64,000 nt of DNA from Macrostomum lignano (Eukaryota): assembly GCA_002269645.1 (NCBI GenBank), contig NIVC01000137.1, positions 124,001 to 188,000 of the forward strand. The letters are read 5' to 3'. Made by a program: the position numbers and the translations under genes. Every line of letters begins with the position of its first letter. The first letter of the stretch is position 1. This document shows, piece by piece, positions 44,546 to 55,528 of this stretch. Under the pieces are notes generated by a model. The model ran no database searches. It was not told where the DNA came from and saw only the letters and a program-made list of their open reading frames with translations.

Positions 44546-47500
44546 ATGAACAGCGATGTCCATGAAGACTCAACCAGAAGCAGAAATCAATATGATTGGG
44601 ACGAAATTCTGCGGCTACTCAAAGAAAACAATTTCCAGTCGGCAAACGAGAAACTCGACCAGATTCCCGATGACACTCTCAGCGAACTGTTAGCATCGGA
44701 CAATCGGACAACCCTGACAGCCGCTCACAATGCCGCCATGAGCGAGGCCGGCGCACAGACGCTGCTGCTGTTCGTCAGAAAAGTCGGTCCAATTTGCTTA
44801 AACCGAGCGGCAGGTGAAGATCGGACCACACCGCTACAGTTGGCCTGCCAAATCATGAGCGGAGACACAATTGACAAGCTCGTGTCCTCATTGAGACGCG
44901 ATGCCAAGTTAATTGAATCGGCATTCCAGACAGCCGACGCTCATCAGCACACGGCTCTACACTACGCGGCGCAGAACCTCAAGCACGAGGATTGTTTCTT
45001 CAGTCTAGTTCGAAGCTTAGGCAGCAGCGGCCCGCATCTGCACAGAGGCAATAGAGAAGGCATGACGCCAGTAATGATAGCCTTCGATCAGCAGAGCAAA
45101 GAGGCTTTAAACAAGCTAATTTCCCGTACTCCACTAGAAGATACGTGTTTCACTGACGCGGACCGGAACGGCAATACAGCAGTGCACTATGCGGCACTTC
45201 GTCATCCGAGCTGCTTGCTGACGCTGGTCGGGCAGCTTGGTCCTGACTGCCTGGCCGCCAAGAATGCGTGCAACGTGACGCCTCTTCAGCTGACCATGAC
45301 CAGCATCTCGCCCGACGCCGTCAAGGCCATTCTTCAATTGATCGAGCTGGCCGACCCAAAGAGCTGCATCCTGGTTCCTAACCAGTTCGGCGATACGGTT
45401 GTACATTTTGCAGCACGCGACAGGGGCCAAGCTGAAGCGCTTGACAAGCTAGTTAAAAAACTTGGCCTCGAGTGCTTAAGCATGCCCAACCAGCAGATGC
45501 GATCGCCTTTGCACTATGCGTGCGCCGCTCAAAAAGCCGCCACAGTTGCGGCCCTTGCCAAAGTGAAGGGCGCTAAGAAATTATATCTTAATTTGTCAGA
45601 TCAAAACGGACACAAGCCTCTGCACTACGCGGCTAGGAAGGAGGAAAGAAGCGCCAGAGCGACAAACCAGCCTCCCGACGTGACTCTGGCCAGACTAATT
45701 GACATATTCGGTCCCAAGTGCGTCCGAGTCAAAGACGACGAAGGCAACACGCCGCTGCACATAGCCTGCGGCAACCTCAGTCCGGCAGCCATTGAAGAGC
45801 TGACAAAAAGACTTGACAGTACCCCGGACTGGAGGGACTGGTTCACCGAGGGTGACGAGAATGGAACAAGTGCAGTTCATTACGCTGCGTGCAGTTCATC
45901 GCATCCGGGTTCTCTGCTGAAGCTTGTGGACATCCTTGGACCAGACTGTCTCTCCAAGGAAAATGATGAAGGCAAAACGCCGCTACACCTGGCTTGTGCC
46001 AATCAAAACTTTGAAACGGTTCGAGACCTGCTCGACAACGACGACAAAGTCAAACTATCACTACCAAAGAGCCTGTCAAACAACCCTAAAGAACAAATTA
46101 TCCAGCAAAAGATAAGAAAAACTGACCACAATGGCAACAATGCGGCCCACTATGCTGCTCTGAATAGAAAGCACGCCAACTTTCTGAACAAACTGGTGCA
46201 CACATTCGAGTTGTCGTGCCTGTGCGATAGAAACAAGGATGGCAAAACGCCGCTGCACATCGCTTTTTGCACTCATACGGCCGATATCGTGGCACCGCTG
46301 GTTGAGATCGCGATGAACCTGACTATGCCAATTACGGACGAGCAGAAGGAGGTAAAACTCGAGGCCGAATCAGACGCCGTGCATCAGTGCAGAGAATGTT
46401 CGACCCACACTGGCAACTGTCTGACCTGCCCCGACAATGATGGCAACTCAGTGATTCATTATGCCGCTGGAAGTTCCAGCTTCGCGGACATCTTGCTGAA
46501 TCTGTGCGAGCACTTGGGCTCAGAAATCCTGCTCAATGCAAATAGTTCCGGCATAACACCCCTGCACCTTGCTGTCAAGTACAGCATTTGCGAGCCCGAG
46601 CAAGTTTCTAGGCTACGGACCATTCTCAAGGATGACTTTGAAAAGCAACTCGAACTCGAGGACAAATCAAGTCGAAGTGTTCTATTTTATGCCTGTCTGG
46701 GCCACAACTACAACCTGCTATCCTCAATAAATCCGAAGCACAAAGCCCTTCGCGGCACCGATGAAAACGGAAACACACTGCTTCACGCCCTGTTCCTGGC
46801 CAAGTGGTACATGCTTGGCGAAGCTCAGGTGCCGCGCTTCCTGGACGCAATGTCGCTGCTGCTACAGGCTGGCGTTGACCCACAGGAGGAGAACGACTGC
46901 AAACAGAACTGCCTGCATGCCACGGAGCTGTACGGCTCCAGCCTGAAAGCGGTGCTGACGGCGGCTGCTTCGACTGGCAGAGATAACATTAAAAAGCACA
47001 TGAAGAGCATGCTTCTCAGCTCGGAAGGTGTTCACGCAGTGCATGTGTTCTTTGGTCGCTACCGTGTCAGTAACTTTCTTGAGCAACTCTCCGAACTTGC
47101 AGGCGTCAGCGCCCAATCGCTAATTACTCTGACAGTGAGAAAGGGCCACGCCAAAGGGGCCACGTGCTTGCACTTTGCCTGCGAGTTTGGCAACCAGGAG
47201 AACATCGAGTACTTACTATTGCATCGTCAGAAGCTGTCCTCTAAGACTCAAAGTGGTCAATCGTGCGTAGACTACGCCTTTGACAAGGACAAGCTTGACC
47301 GGCTGCTCAGCGTGGCGAGGATGACAGCGGAGAGGCAGCACAGCAGCAATAGGGGCGCGAAAAAGTGGACTGAGAGAATCGTGCAGACCATTCTGCCGCT
47401 TATTGATCCGCCCAAGCTGGCATTGAAGCTCCCGGATCAAAACAGGGCTGGAAAGTTGATCAAGTCAATTTCGGATCAGTCGGTTCGTTCCAGCACCGAA

Positions 47501-50500
47501 CGGGGTAGAGCTGTCGGCCTGGTGCTCGACAGCGCATTGAACGCCAACAGAAGGGACGATTCGCAGCGTACGGATTTGCTCATATTTCACAGGGCAGTGG
47601 AGCTGGACTCGCCAGAGATACTCCGCAGCATGCTCAGATTGGATTTATTGACAAAGAAGAGTGTCGAAGATTATGCAACTTTTCTGCATATGCGAAAGCT
47701 CGCCATCAAAGACAAAGAGACGGAGCTCTACTTCGAGACCCGATTTCCGCAAATGCAAGAGTTTCTCAAGCACTGGATGCACGGCGGGCACACTTCCGTT
47801 CTTGAAGTAGCCGCGTTCTTTGAAAAAATTGCGATCCTTCCAGACCTCATCATCACTCGGCAGCTGGATCTGATCCCTTCATGCCTGATCGTTTTGCTTC
47901 ACTTAAAGCCGAAGATTTCCAGCAAGCGAGGCAAGCACGAGCAGCTGAAGGAGCTGCAGCGCAAAGTTCTTAGCATAGTAGTCAATGCGTTTGATCTGCT
48001 ATTTATCAACGCAAACAAGGAGGAGCAGAAGCTTTTGTTCAACTATATCGGTGGTCGTTTCAGCGTCAAGGACGATAAATCGGAAATCCTCGGACCAAAG
48101 TTTCCGTGCCGAATCGCTAAGAGTGCAGTTTTAGAAAAACACGGCTATTCCCGAAAGATGCAGGTTGAGGAGCTGAGCATCATCGAACTAGTGGAGAGGC
48201 TGGACCTTGGCGATATCTACTCCACCGACTGCATCAGCATGTTCGCCAAGCAGGAGTGGAACACCCAGCAGGATGGCACGCTGCATTTGGCTGCCACACC
48301 GCAGAAAAAGTTAAAAATTCACACCGTCAGCTTCGCCGCCTTCCTACTGTACTATGCTTGGTTTGTGACTGACTTTAATCGCACGTTTGCCAACATTGTG
48401 CCCGACCTTCTCATGCTTGGCTTTGCGTTGTCGTTCACCGCTCAAGAAGTGACCGACATCTATCGGCGCCGGAGATGTCGAGAGTTCTACCTGCGACCTA
48501 ATTGGGTGGTCAGACTGCCCGTGTACTTCAAAGACGTCCTGAACATTTTCGACATTCTGGCTCTGGTGTTCATGTGGACCGGCATGATTTGGAAGCTCTG
48601 CATTCACGAGGTCGGGTGGCAGCACGCCACGGTGCACTCCTGCCAAATGGTGCTCTGCTCCGGGTTCCTGCTCTGGGGATTCCGCTCGATATCAGTGCTG
48701 AGCTACTTCGAGAAAATCGGCCCAGTGACGGCCATGCTGAAGAACTTACTTCTGATGGACCTGCTTCCATTTCTGACCATCCTGTTTGTCATCTTCTACA
48801 CGTTTGGCGTTTTCTACTTCAATCTTCTGTTCCCCGTCTCCAAAACCAGCCCGGGCGAGCGTAACGCACAAAACTACACCCAGAAAGTGTTCCAGCAAAT
48901 CTTTCTTCTGCCGGCCTCCATGCTGTTCGGCTACTTCGAGTTGCTCGCATTTGAGCCTAGCAACGGTCCGAATCAGGAGATTGGCAAAGTGGCCGAGCCA
49001 ACAGGCCTGAGCTGGTTCAACGGCCTGCTGCTGTTCCTCTTCATGCTCATAGTGAACATCGTGATGCTGAACCTGCTGATCGCGCTATTCAACCTCACTG
49101 TCAGCCGGATGTCCGGTCAAGCGTTGGGCATCTGGCGTCAGACCCGGTTCCAGATGCTGCGCGAGTACCAAGCCATCTCTACGCTGCCGCCGCCGCTGTC
49201 CTTCATCAACTATCTGGTGCGCGGATGCGTGCGGGCTCGCCAACGAGCCAAAGCCAAAATGCGCACTGGACAGGAGCCGCCACAGGTGAGTAACAAATAC
49301 TTAAAGTTGACGCTACTTGATTCGTTTGAGGCTTGAGAAGGTTGCAGAAAAGGCAACTGCACACTCGACAATCGTGTCATTTTGACACTGGAGACCGAGA
49401 CTGGAAGTCTTTTTTAGATTTTTGTCGTTAGACAAGACCTAGTGGTTAGAGCGTCGGACTCTCGAGTTGAAGGTCGGGGGTTCGATTCTCGACCCACTCG
49501 GAACAATTTGTGCCCTTGAGAGCGAGACACTTAGCTCTCTGCATTGCTTGGGTGCCAGAATTAGCTGGGGTAATTGAGGGTGTGTGTGGCGACCCCCCAG
49601 TCCTTGGACTGAACAGCCGTACGCAGCCTTCAGATGCGACACGAAAATGGCATCGGCTGAGCTGTCGGTTGCACATCAAGCTAAAAAACTATGCTTAACT
49701 AAACCACTTAACTATAACACCTTGCTGTGTTATTCAATAAATATTTGCCCAAACAACAAAATAAATACAAGACGAATAACTTCTAGTTCTGCTGGTGCGG
49801 GATCCACTCTACATGTATATCGCCACACGCAGAAAGTATACGTTCGCTATGTGAATAATGAGAAATTCACATTGAACTGCACAGTGGCGCGATAACCGAA
49901 CGTTCTGCATACGAAAGATCAAATAGAGGGTATTTAGTGCGCCGTATATTCGCTGCTAATTAAGCATGAATACAAACTGCACTATCTATACATGTCGCTG
50001 CACGAAGCGTTAAACGAGAGGTGGCTCATCTTAAGTACAGAGCAGAGAGTCGCTGCTATTTCTGAAGATAAGCGCAATCGCATTTAATGCGACTTTCACA
50101 TTGCGCGCGCCAGAAGTGTATAAATATTCCAGACGCCGCGCATTGTGAGAGTCCAAACAATCTAATCCAGCAGACTTCGATCAGCAGAGTTAATTAAGCA
50201 AGCCGCAGTCGCACACAGCCTCCGCACCATGAGCAGCAGCAGGATCAGGCAGAACTTCCACGAAGAGAGCGAGGCCGCCTTGAACCGGCAGGTAAACATG
50301 GAGCTGTTCGCGTCCTACACCTACCAGAGCATGAGCTTCCATTTCGCCAGGGATGACGTCGCCCTGCCGGGCATCGCCGCCCACTTCGCCAAAGAGTCCG
50401 CTGAGGAGCGCGGGCACGCCGAGAAGCTGATGAAGCTGATCAACCAGCGAGGCGGCACCATCGTGCTGGACAACATCAGCAAGCCGAAGAAGCAGGCCTG

Positions 50501-52182
50501 GGGCTCCATGCTGGAAGCGATGCAGGACGCCCTGCAGCTGGAGAGAGACGTCAACCAGAGCCTGCTGGACCTGCACAAGGTTGCATCGAAGCACGAGGAT
50601 GCGCACCTCACCGACTATCTGGAGGGCGAGTTCCTCACCGAGCAGGTGGATGCTATCGAGAAGATCTCAGGTTACATCACGCAGCTCAAGAGAGTCGGCA
50701 CTGGACTGGGAGAGTACATCTTCGACCACGAGGCTTTCAGTTGAACAGGAGCTTCAATGCGTTCTGCAACTCAATTAAGACTCGCCTAAGACTAAACAGT
50801 AAAACTGATTTATAATTTGTCAGTATAAACAATAAGCGCTTTCACGGCAGTAAAATCATGTAGTTATTGCTACTCATATCTGTGATTCATGTCTTTGATC
50901 AATCGTTTCTTTTATGGCACATAAAAATCAAATACACGCAAACATAATATGCCATGTTTTATTTATTCAGAATGGTCTCGAAATATTTGCTATGATTACC
51001 ATACATCATTGTAAATTCTAAATTGCAATTTAAAGGTTTTAAAATTCGCTAACTTGCCTACTGAAATGCATGAAGTAGCATTGGTGTGTTTTCGAATATT
51101 ATTTTGCTGTTTCATGGGTGGCCATTAAGGGGGTACACGCTCGCAGTGTAGGAGGTACTGCTCAAGACAGTCGTCTGCGCAGAGAGAGGGGGCAGGAGAG
51201 TGACTGAGCTCAACATTGCCAACTCTTGGACGTGACATCCATTGGCCTAAGACACAGGGGCGCCCACCAAGAGACAGGGGCGCCCACCAAGAGACAGGGG
51301 CGCCCACCAAGAGACAGGGGCGCCCACCAAGAGACAGGGGCGCCCACCAAGACACAGGGGCGCCCACCAAGACACAGGGGCACCCACCAAGACACAGGGG
51401 CGCCCACCAAGACACAGGGGCGCCCACCAAGAGACAGGGGCACCCACCAAGACACAGGGGCGCCCACCAAGACACAGGGGCGCCCACCAAGAGACAGGGG
51501 CGCCCTCCAAAAGACAGGGGCGCCCACCAAGAGACAGGGGCGCCTACCAAGAGACAGGGGCACCCACCAAGAGACAGGGGCGCCTACCAAGAGACAGGGG
51601 CGCCTACCAAGAGACAGTGGCGCATACCAAGAGACACGGGGGTCCACTCAAAAGACAGTGTCGCAGGGTTGGAGCATTGTTGAGGATACTACAGCAGGGG
51701 GCTTGGGGTACTGTAGTATCAAGAGTTCGTGGCTATAGCTAACCAATACAACACATGAGAATCAACGATCTGTCTAATCTTGAACATCAGTTACAATCCA
51801 GCAACAATCCTAAACTGTCAATCATTCCCTCACGCAGCCCTGGTACCGGAACGTGAGCGCCTACCCGGCAGAGTACGTGGACTTCCTAAAATTCCAAGCG
51901 GTCCAGTTCAGGCACCACAGGCCGGGCAAGCTGCAACAGGAGGTGGGGAAAAATCGCGGCGAGATCGACGCGTTGAAGGCTCACACTGAGAACGCGCTGA
52001 ACACAGTGTACAGAGGGCTGGACGAGACTGTGCTGGACTTGGACGACCGGCTGGAACGATTGGAGTCCGTGGCATCTCGGCAGAGACAGCGACTCAGGCA
52101 GTTGAACAAGAAGATGGATCAGCTGCTGGAAGCTGCCGCTGGTCCCGCGGCACCGGAGGCAGTGAAGGCCGAGGGTATTTAG
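44546..52182 (+). CDS. Ankyrin-repeat TRP cation channel with TRPM-like pore/TRP-box region. Exons 44546-49285 and 51838-52182 (about 1694 aa)
   Basis: About 20 ankyrin repeats (GNTAVHYAA and GKTPLHLAC types), six TM segments, S6 VNIVMLNLLIALF and TRP region WRQTRFQMLREYQAISTLPPPL. The donor CAG|GTGAGT at 49285/6 and acceptor CACGCAG| at 51837 are both phase 0 and add PWYRNVSAYPAEYVDFLKFQ and a coiled coil. A likely 5'UTR intron is at 44455-44539. Confidence 0.88.
49428..49715 (+). mobile_element. tRNA-derived SINE with CORE-like segment, in the TRP intron
   Basis: Box A-like TAGTGGTTAGAGCG and box B GGTTCGATTC are followed by TGTGCCCTTGAGAGCGAGACACTTAGCTCTCTG, which resembles the CORE-SINE/MIR central motif. 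There is no acceptor stem. Confidence 0.7.
50119..50126 (+). promoter_or_regulatory. Putative TATA box of the ferritin gene
   Basis: TATAAATA lies 110 nt upstream of the ferritin ATG. Confidence 0.55.
50229..50744 (+). CDS. Ferritin (H-type/soma ferritin), intronless, nested in the TRP intron
   Basis: 171 aa: RQNFHEESEAALNRQVNMELFASYTY, EERGHAEKLM, NQRGG, ALQLERDVNQSLLDLH, LTEQVDAI, GLGEYIFD. Ferroxidase residues equivalent to E27, Y34, E61, E62, H65, E107 and Q141 are all present. Confidence 0.97.
   Translation: MSSSRIRQNFHEESEAALNRQVNMELFASYTYQSMSFHFARDDVALPGIAAHFAKESAEERGHAEKLMKLINQRGGTIVLDNISKPKKQAWGSMLEAMQDALQLERDVNQSLLDLHKVASKHEDAHLTDYLEGEFLTEQVDAIEKISGYITQLKRVGTGLGEYIFDHEAFS
51250..51640. 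repeat. 20-bp minisatellite (GGGCGCCCACCAAGAGACAG)n in the TRP intron
   Basis: About 19 tandem units. Confidence 0.95.
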
Positions 52183-52280
52183 CGAGGTGTGGTAGGGGTA
52201 TTCAGTAAAGAATTGCAGGGGTATTTAGCAAGGTATGGTAGGGGTATTCAGTAAAGAATTGCAGGGGTATTTAGCGAGGT
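52172..52280. repeat. ~45-bp tandem repeat starting at the TRP stop codon
   Basis: GGGTATTTAGCGAGGT...GGGGTATTCAGTAAAGAATTGCAG occurs in about 2.5 copies. Confidence 0.8.
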
Positions 52281-52922
52281 ATGGCAGGGATATTCAGTAA
52301 TTCAGTGATTTGCCTTGGTTTACAATATAATTGTTTATCTTTTTTATAAATTTATAAATGTATATTTGTACTTTTTACTTATCTTTTTAAACTTCTTGTT
52401 ACAGACTGAATTGTTATAAAAAGATTTAATTTAAAAAGGTAAAACTAACACCAATTAAAACCACGAGAATAAAATACATAGAAAACTCAGTGAAATATTG
52501 AAAATCAGAACACTGCTTTGTACGAGATATATTTATTTATTTATTCAATTTCAAATGCAACTAATACACTGAATTTAGCAATTATACGTATGGGGCTACT
52601 TGTAGTACTATGAAACTTCAAGTTGTTAATAATTTATTTCATTTTAAAATTCATTTTATGAAACGTAATTATTACCTACACAGATGCCAACTTTGTCGGA
52701 AAATGGGAAAACATAATCGAGATCTCCAGATCTTCTAAATTTTCAAAACTCCATGAATTCGAAGTCTTTGTTTCAGGCCATAGACTATGAGTCAGGCATG
52801 TTACATAAGCTGATCGAATTTCCATATTTTTCAGTCAAAAAAAGTTGGCATCGTACTGTATATTGAATTTCTACTGAAGTTTTTGTGTCTCAATGTACCG
52901 ATTTTAGATGTACCTGCGTCAA

Positions 52923-53757
52923 TTATTTTGCCAGCTGTGGCGGGGGCTCCCGCACAATCAGCCTGATGTAGGTTTTCTTCTTATCAACCTTTTTCGTGTT
53001 CAGATAGTTCGCTATTGGTTTGAAATCTTCCACGTAGAGCAGCGTCACCTTCTCTTTGCCACTGACAGCTCCTTGAGGCTCTGAGCTGTCGCCGGCCACC
53101 TCCGTGAGCACCAGGGTCACTAGAAGGTCGGACAAGTTGTAGTTCGGACGGCTGGGATCGCGGTGCAACCGGCTAATCATGCGCACCTGACAATTGGGAT
53201 GCTGCATTTACAACTCGTGAGAAAATATCACTGAAGACCAGCTTGCATGTTCATTTTGGCTTGAACCCAATACGTGAAAAACATATTCCAGTACTTACAT
53301 ATTATACTAACCGCGGCCAAATCTACTTAACTAAGCAGATGCAAACGCAGCAAATGCGCTGACCCATTGTACTTTTTCCGAACCTAAAAGTTCCAACTAG
53401 TCTCATACTACTGAACTGTTAATTTGTAAGTAGCTTTTTGAAAATTTGCCAACGCATCCAAATTTACCACCAATCTATGCATACACGTAGCTATAGTATA
53501 TCTGCATATTCTGAATTCTGAACCTTCAAGGTTACTTGCGGTAGAGCTTCAAGTTTGTAGTCTCATGCGACAACTCTAGCAAATACCTTGATGTCAATCA
53601 TGGTGGTTCTCTGATCGTATTGGCAGCGGTATTTCATGTCACGCCGGGCGCGCTTCATGTGATGGTCCATTGACACGATGACTAGCGTCACTTTGGACTC
53701 TTGCGACTTCTCCGAGGCTTGGGCAGCTACAGTACTGCCAGAATGTGTTCCGCTCAT
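52923..53757 (-). CDS. Two-exon 144-aa protein with predicted ubiquitin-like (beta-grasp) topology. Exons 53757-53587 and 53186-52923
   Basis: The donor AAG|GTATTT and acceptor TGTCAG| are both phase 0. Joined product: MSGTHSGS...KVTLVIVS...MKYRCQYDQRTTMIDIK|VRMISRL...LLVTLVL...VTLLYVEDFKPIANYLNTKKVDKKKTYIRLIVREPPPQLAK. Confidence 0.65.
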
Positions 53758-55528
53758 TGGGTTTGTTGCTCTCAAAAGTCTATATCGCTTAATTTTACGT
53801 GGATATTGACTTTCAATCCGCCAGTACTTCGATTGAATCTCAGTTAGAAAATCAAATTCAATAGATTTGTTCATCTATTTGGGCCATAGACAATCAATTA
53901 TTAAACCCTACTCGATGTATTTGAAAGAATTAATCACTGCATAAAAGCCTTTGGCTCTCTGCCTTACTGAATTTCCTTTGACTTCGACATATTAGGGTCA
54001 TAGACAATTAAAAACTTCTGTTACTAAGTTGCAGTTGAAAATACCCTGAGTTTTATAACTATATACTTGTACATATAATAGGTCTGTGTTTTGAAGTCCA
54101 TCAAGCATTGATATATCAAAATTTATTGAACAATATATCTTTCTGGAACTACGATATATAAATAAACAGCTTTTAATACATATAATAATTGATTTTACAC
54201 AATAAGAAACTAATGCAAAAACTAAATTATTATTTCTATGCAATAAATTTAGAATTCCAAATTAACCTTCATTTTTAACACCTAATAACTATTAGTATGC
54301 TTGTATATTAGTTAGCTTACTGTAGGCCTAGCAAAAGAATCAACTCTAATGCATCAATAGAAATTTCCCCTGTATTATTCCCACATTCATCCCTGCTTTA
54401 TTGCAGAAAAATTATAAAACAAACAATGCAATTTGAAAGTCTGATCCAATTTAGAAAACAATTACTTCAAATAATTTTACCAAGACATCGAAAATTGATT
54501 GTTAGAGAGCATCTATCATAAATATTCTTAATTATCTGCAAAAAATACATAAAATAAATGCAGATGCACTAGAATTATTGACATCCCCATAAATTGCTAA
54601 TAAATTCGAGGTGACAATTAAAAAATTGAAGATTATCTAGCAGGCTAAATTCTCATATTTAGTAAGTAAAAAACTTTTATGCTCTGAACTTTGATGGATG
54701 AGAAGTAAAAATACAATGAATTCTTGTTAACTATTAGTTTAGCCTTTAGAAAATAGGTATACTGAATCAAATATCTATCTAGATATTTTATGGACGACGT
54801 TATTATCTTAATAGCTAACAATAAAAATGTATGCTTCTGTATGCATGCTTTGCAAATTAAAAAGCCTCTTACAACGCATTTATTGCAGGCTTATACATGT
54901 ACCAACTATAGTTACAAATTTAACGCCAGAGATGACACAGCGGAAAGTTCTTTCAAATGGCACGTGTAGAATTTGTTGGTTTCGAAGAATTTCGATTTTT
55001 TGATTTTTTTTCAATGTATAACAAATATTTATCAAATAAATGACACAGTTAAAGAGTTGCTTTAGATTTTAACCTTTAAACAACGAAAATAAATACTCTG
55101 ACTGATCCTTCTTCTGTATAATGAACTTCCTAATACCATTGTATGAACTTTTTCTTCACAGCCAATGTACATTTTAGGCTTTGCTTTAGGGAACAATCAG
55201 AAATGGCGAAGCTGATGACTCATCGTTCGGACGTGCGTTGGCTCAAATAATTGAGTAAGTCACCCACAGATAGGAGTATTTCTTGCCTCACCGCGCAATA
55301 TTGCTTTTGCTTCTATAAAAGAGATTTTGCGCGCCTTGCTTGCATGTCACTTTTGTATAAGTATTTTTTTCTCATTTAGTCCTAATATAAACTAGCAAGG
55401 CATAACTTGACAAAAGTAAGCTATTAATTTTTCTTAGTAGAACTTATTTTCTGTGTTTATGGTAGCAATAGAACTATTATCGTTTATGAGATTTATAGCG
55501 TGGCCGATCAATCTTAGTCGCTGTTGGA

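Noticed and set aside
49286-49336. TRP ORF ending VSNKYLKLTLLDSFEA as in the ORF track
   Set aside because: This is read-through into an intron. A consensus GTGAGT donor and an in-phase downstream exon explain the C-terminus better.
49428-49500. Functional tRNA gene
   Set aside because: Boxes A and B are present, but the acceptor stem does not pair, the anticodon arm is degenerate, and a SINE-like body follows.
51125-51738. ORFs of 87-170 aa in the TRP intron
   Set aside because: They are products of the 20-bp minisatellite, which is stop-free in several frames.
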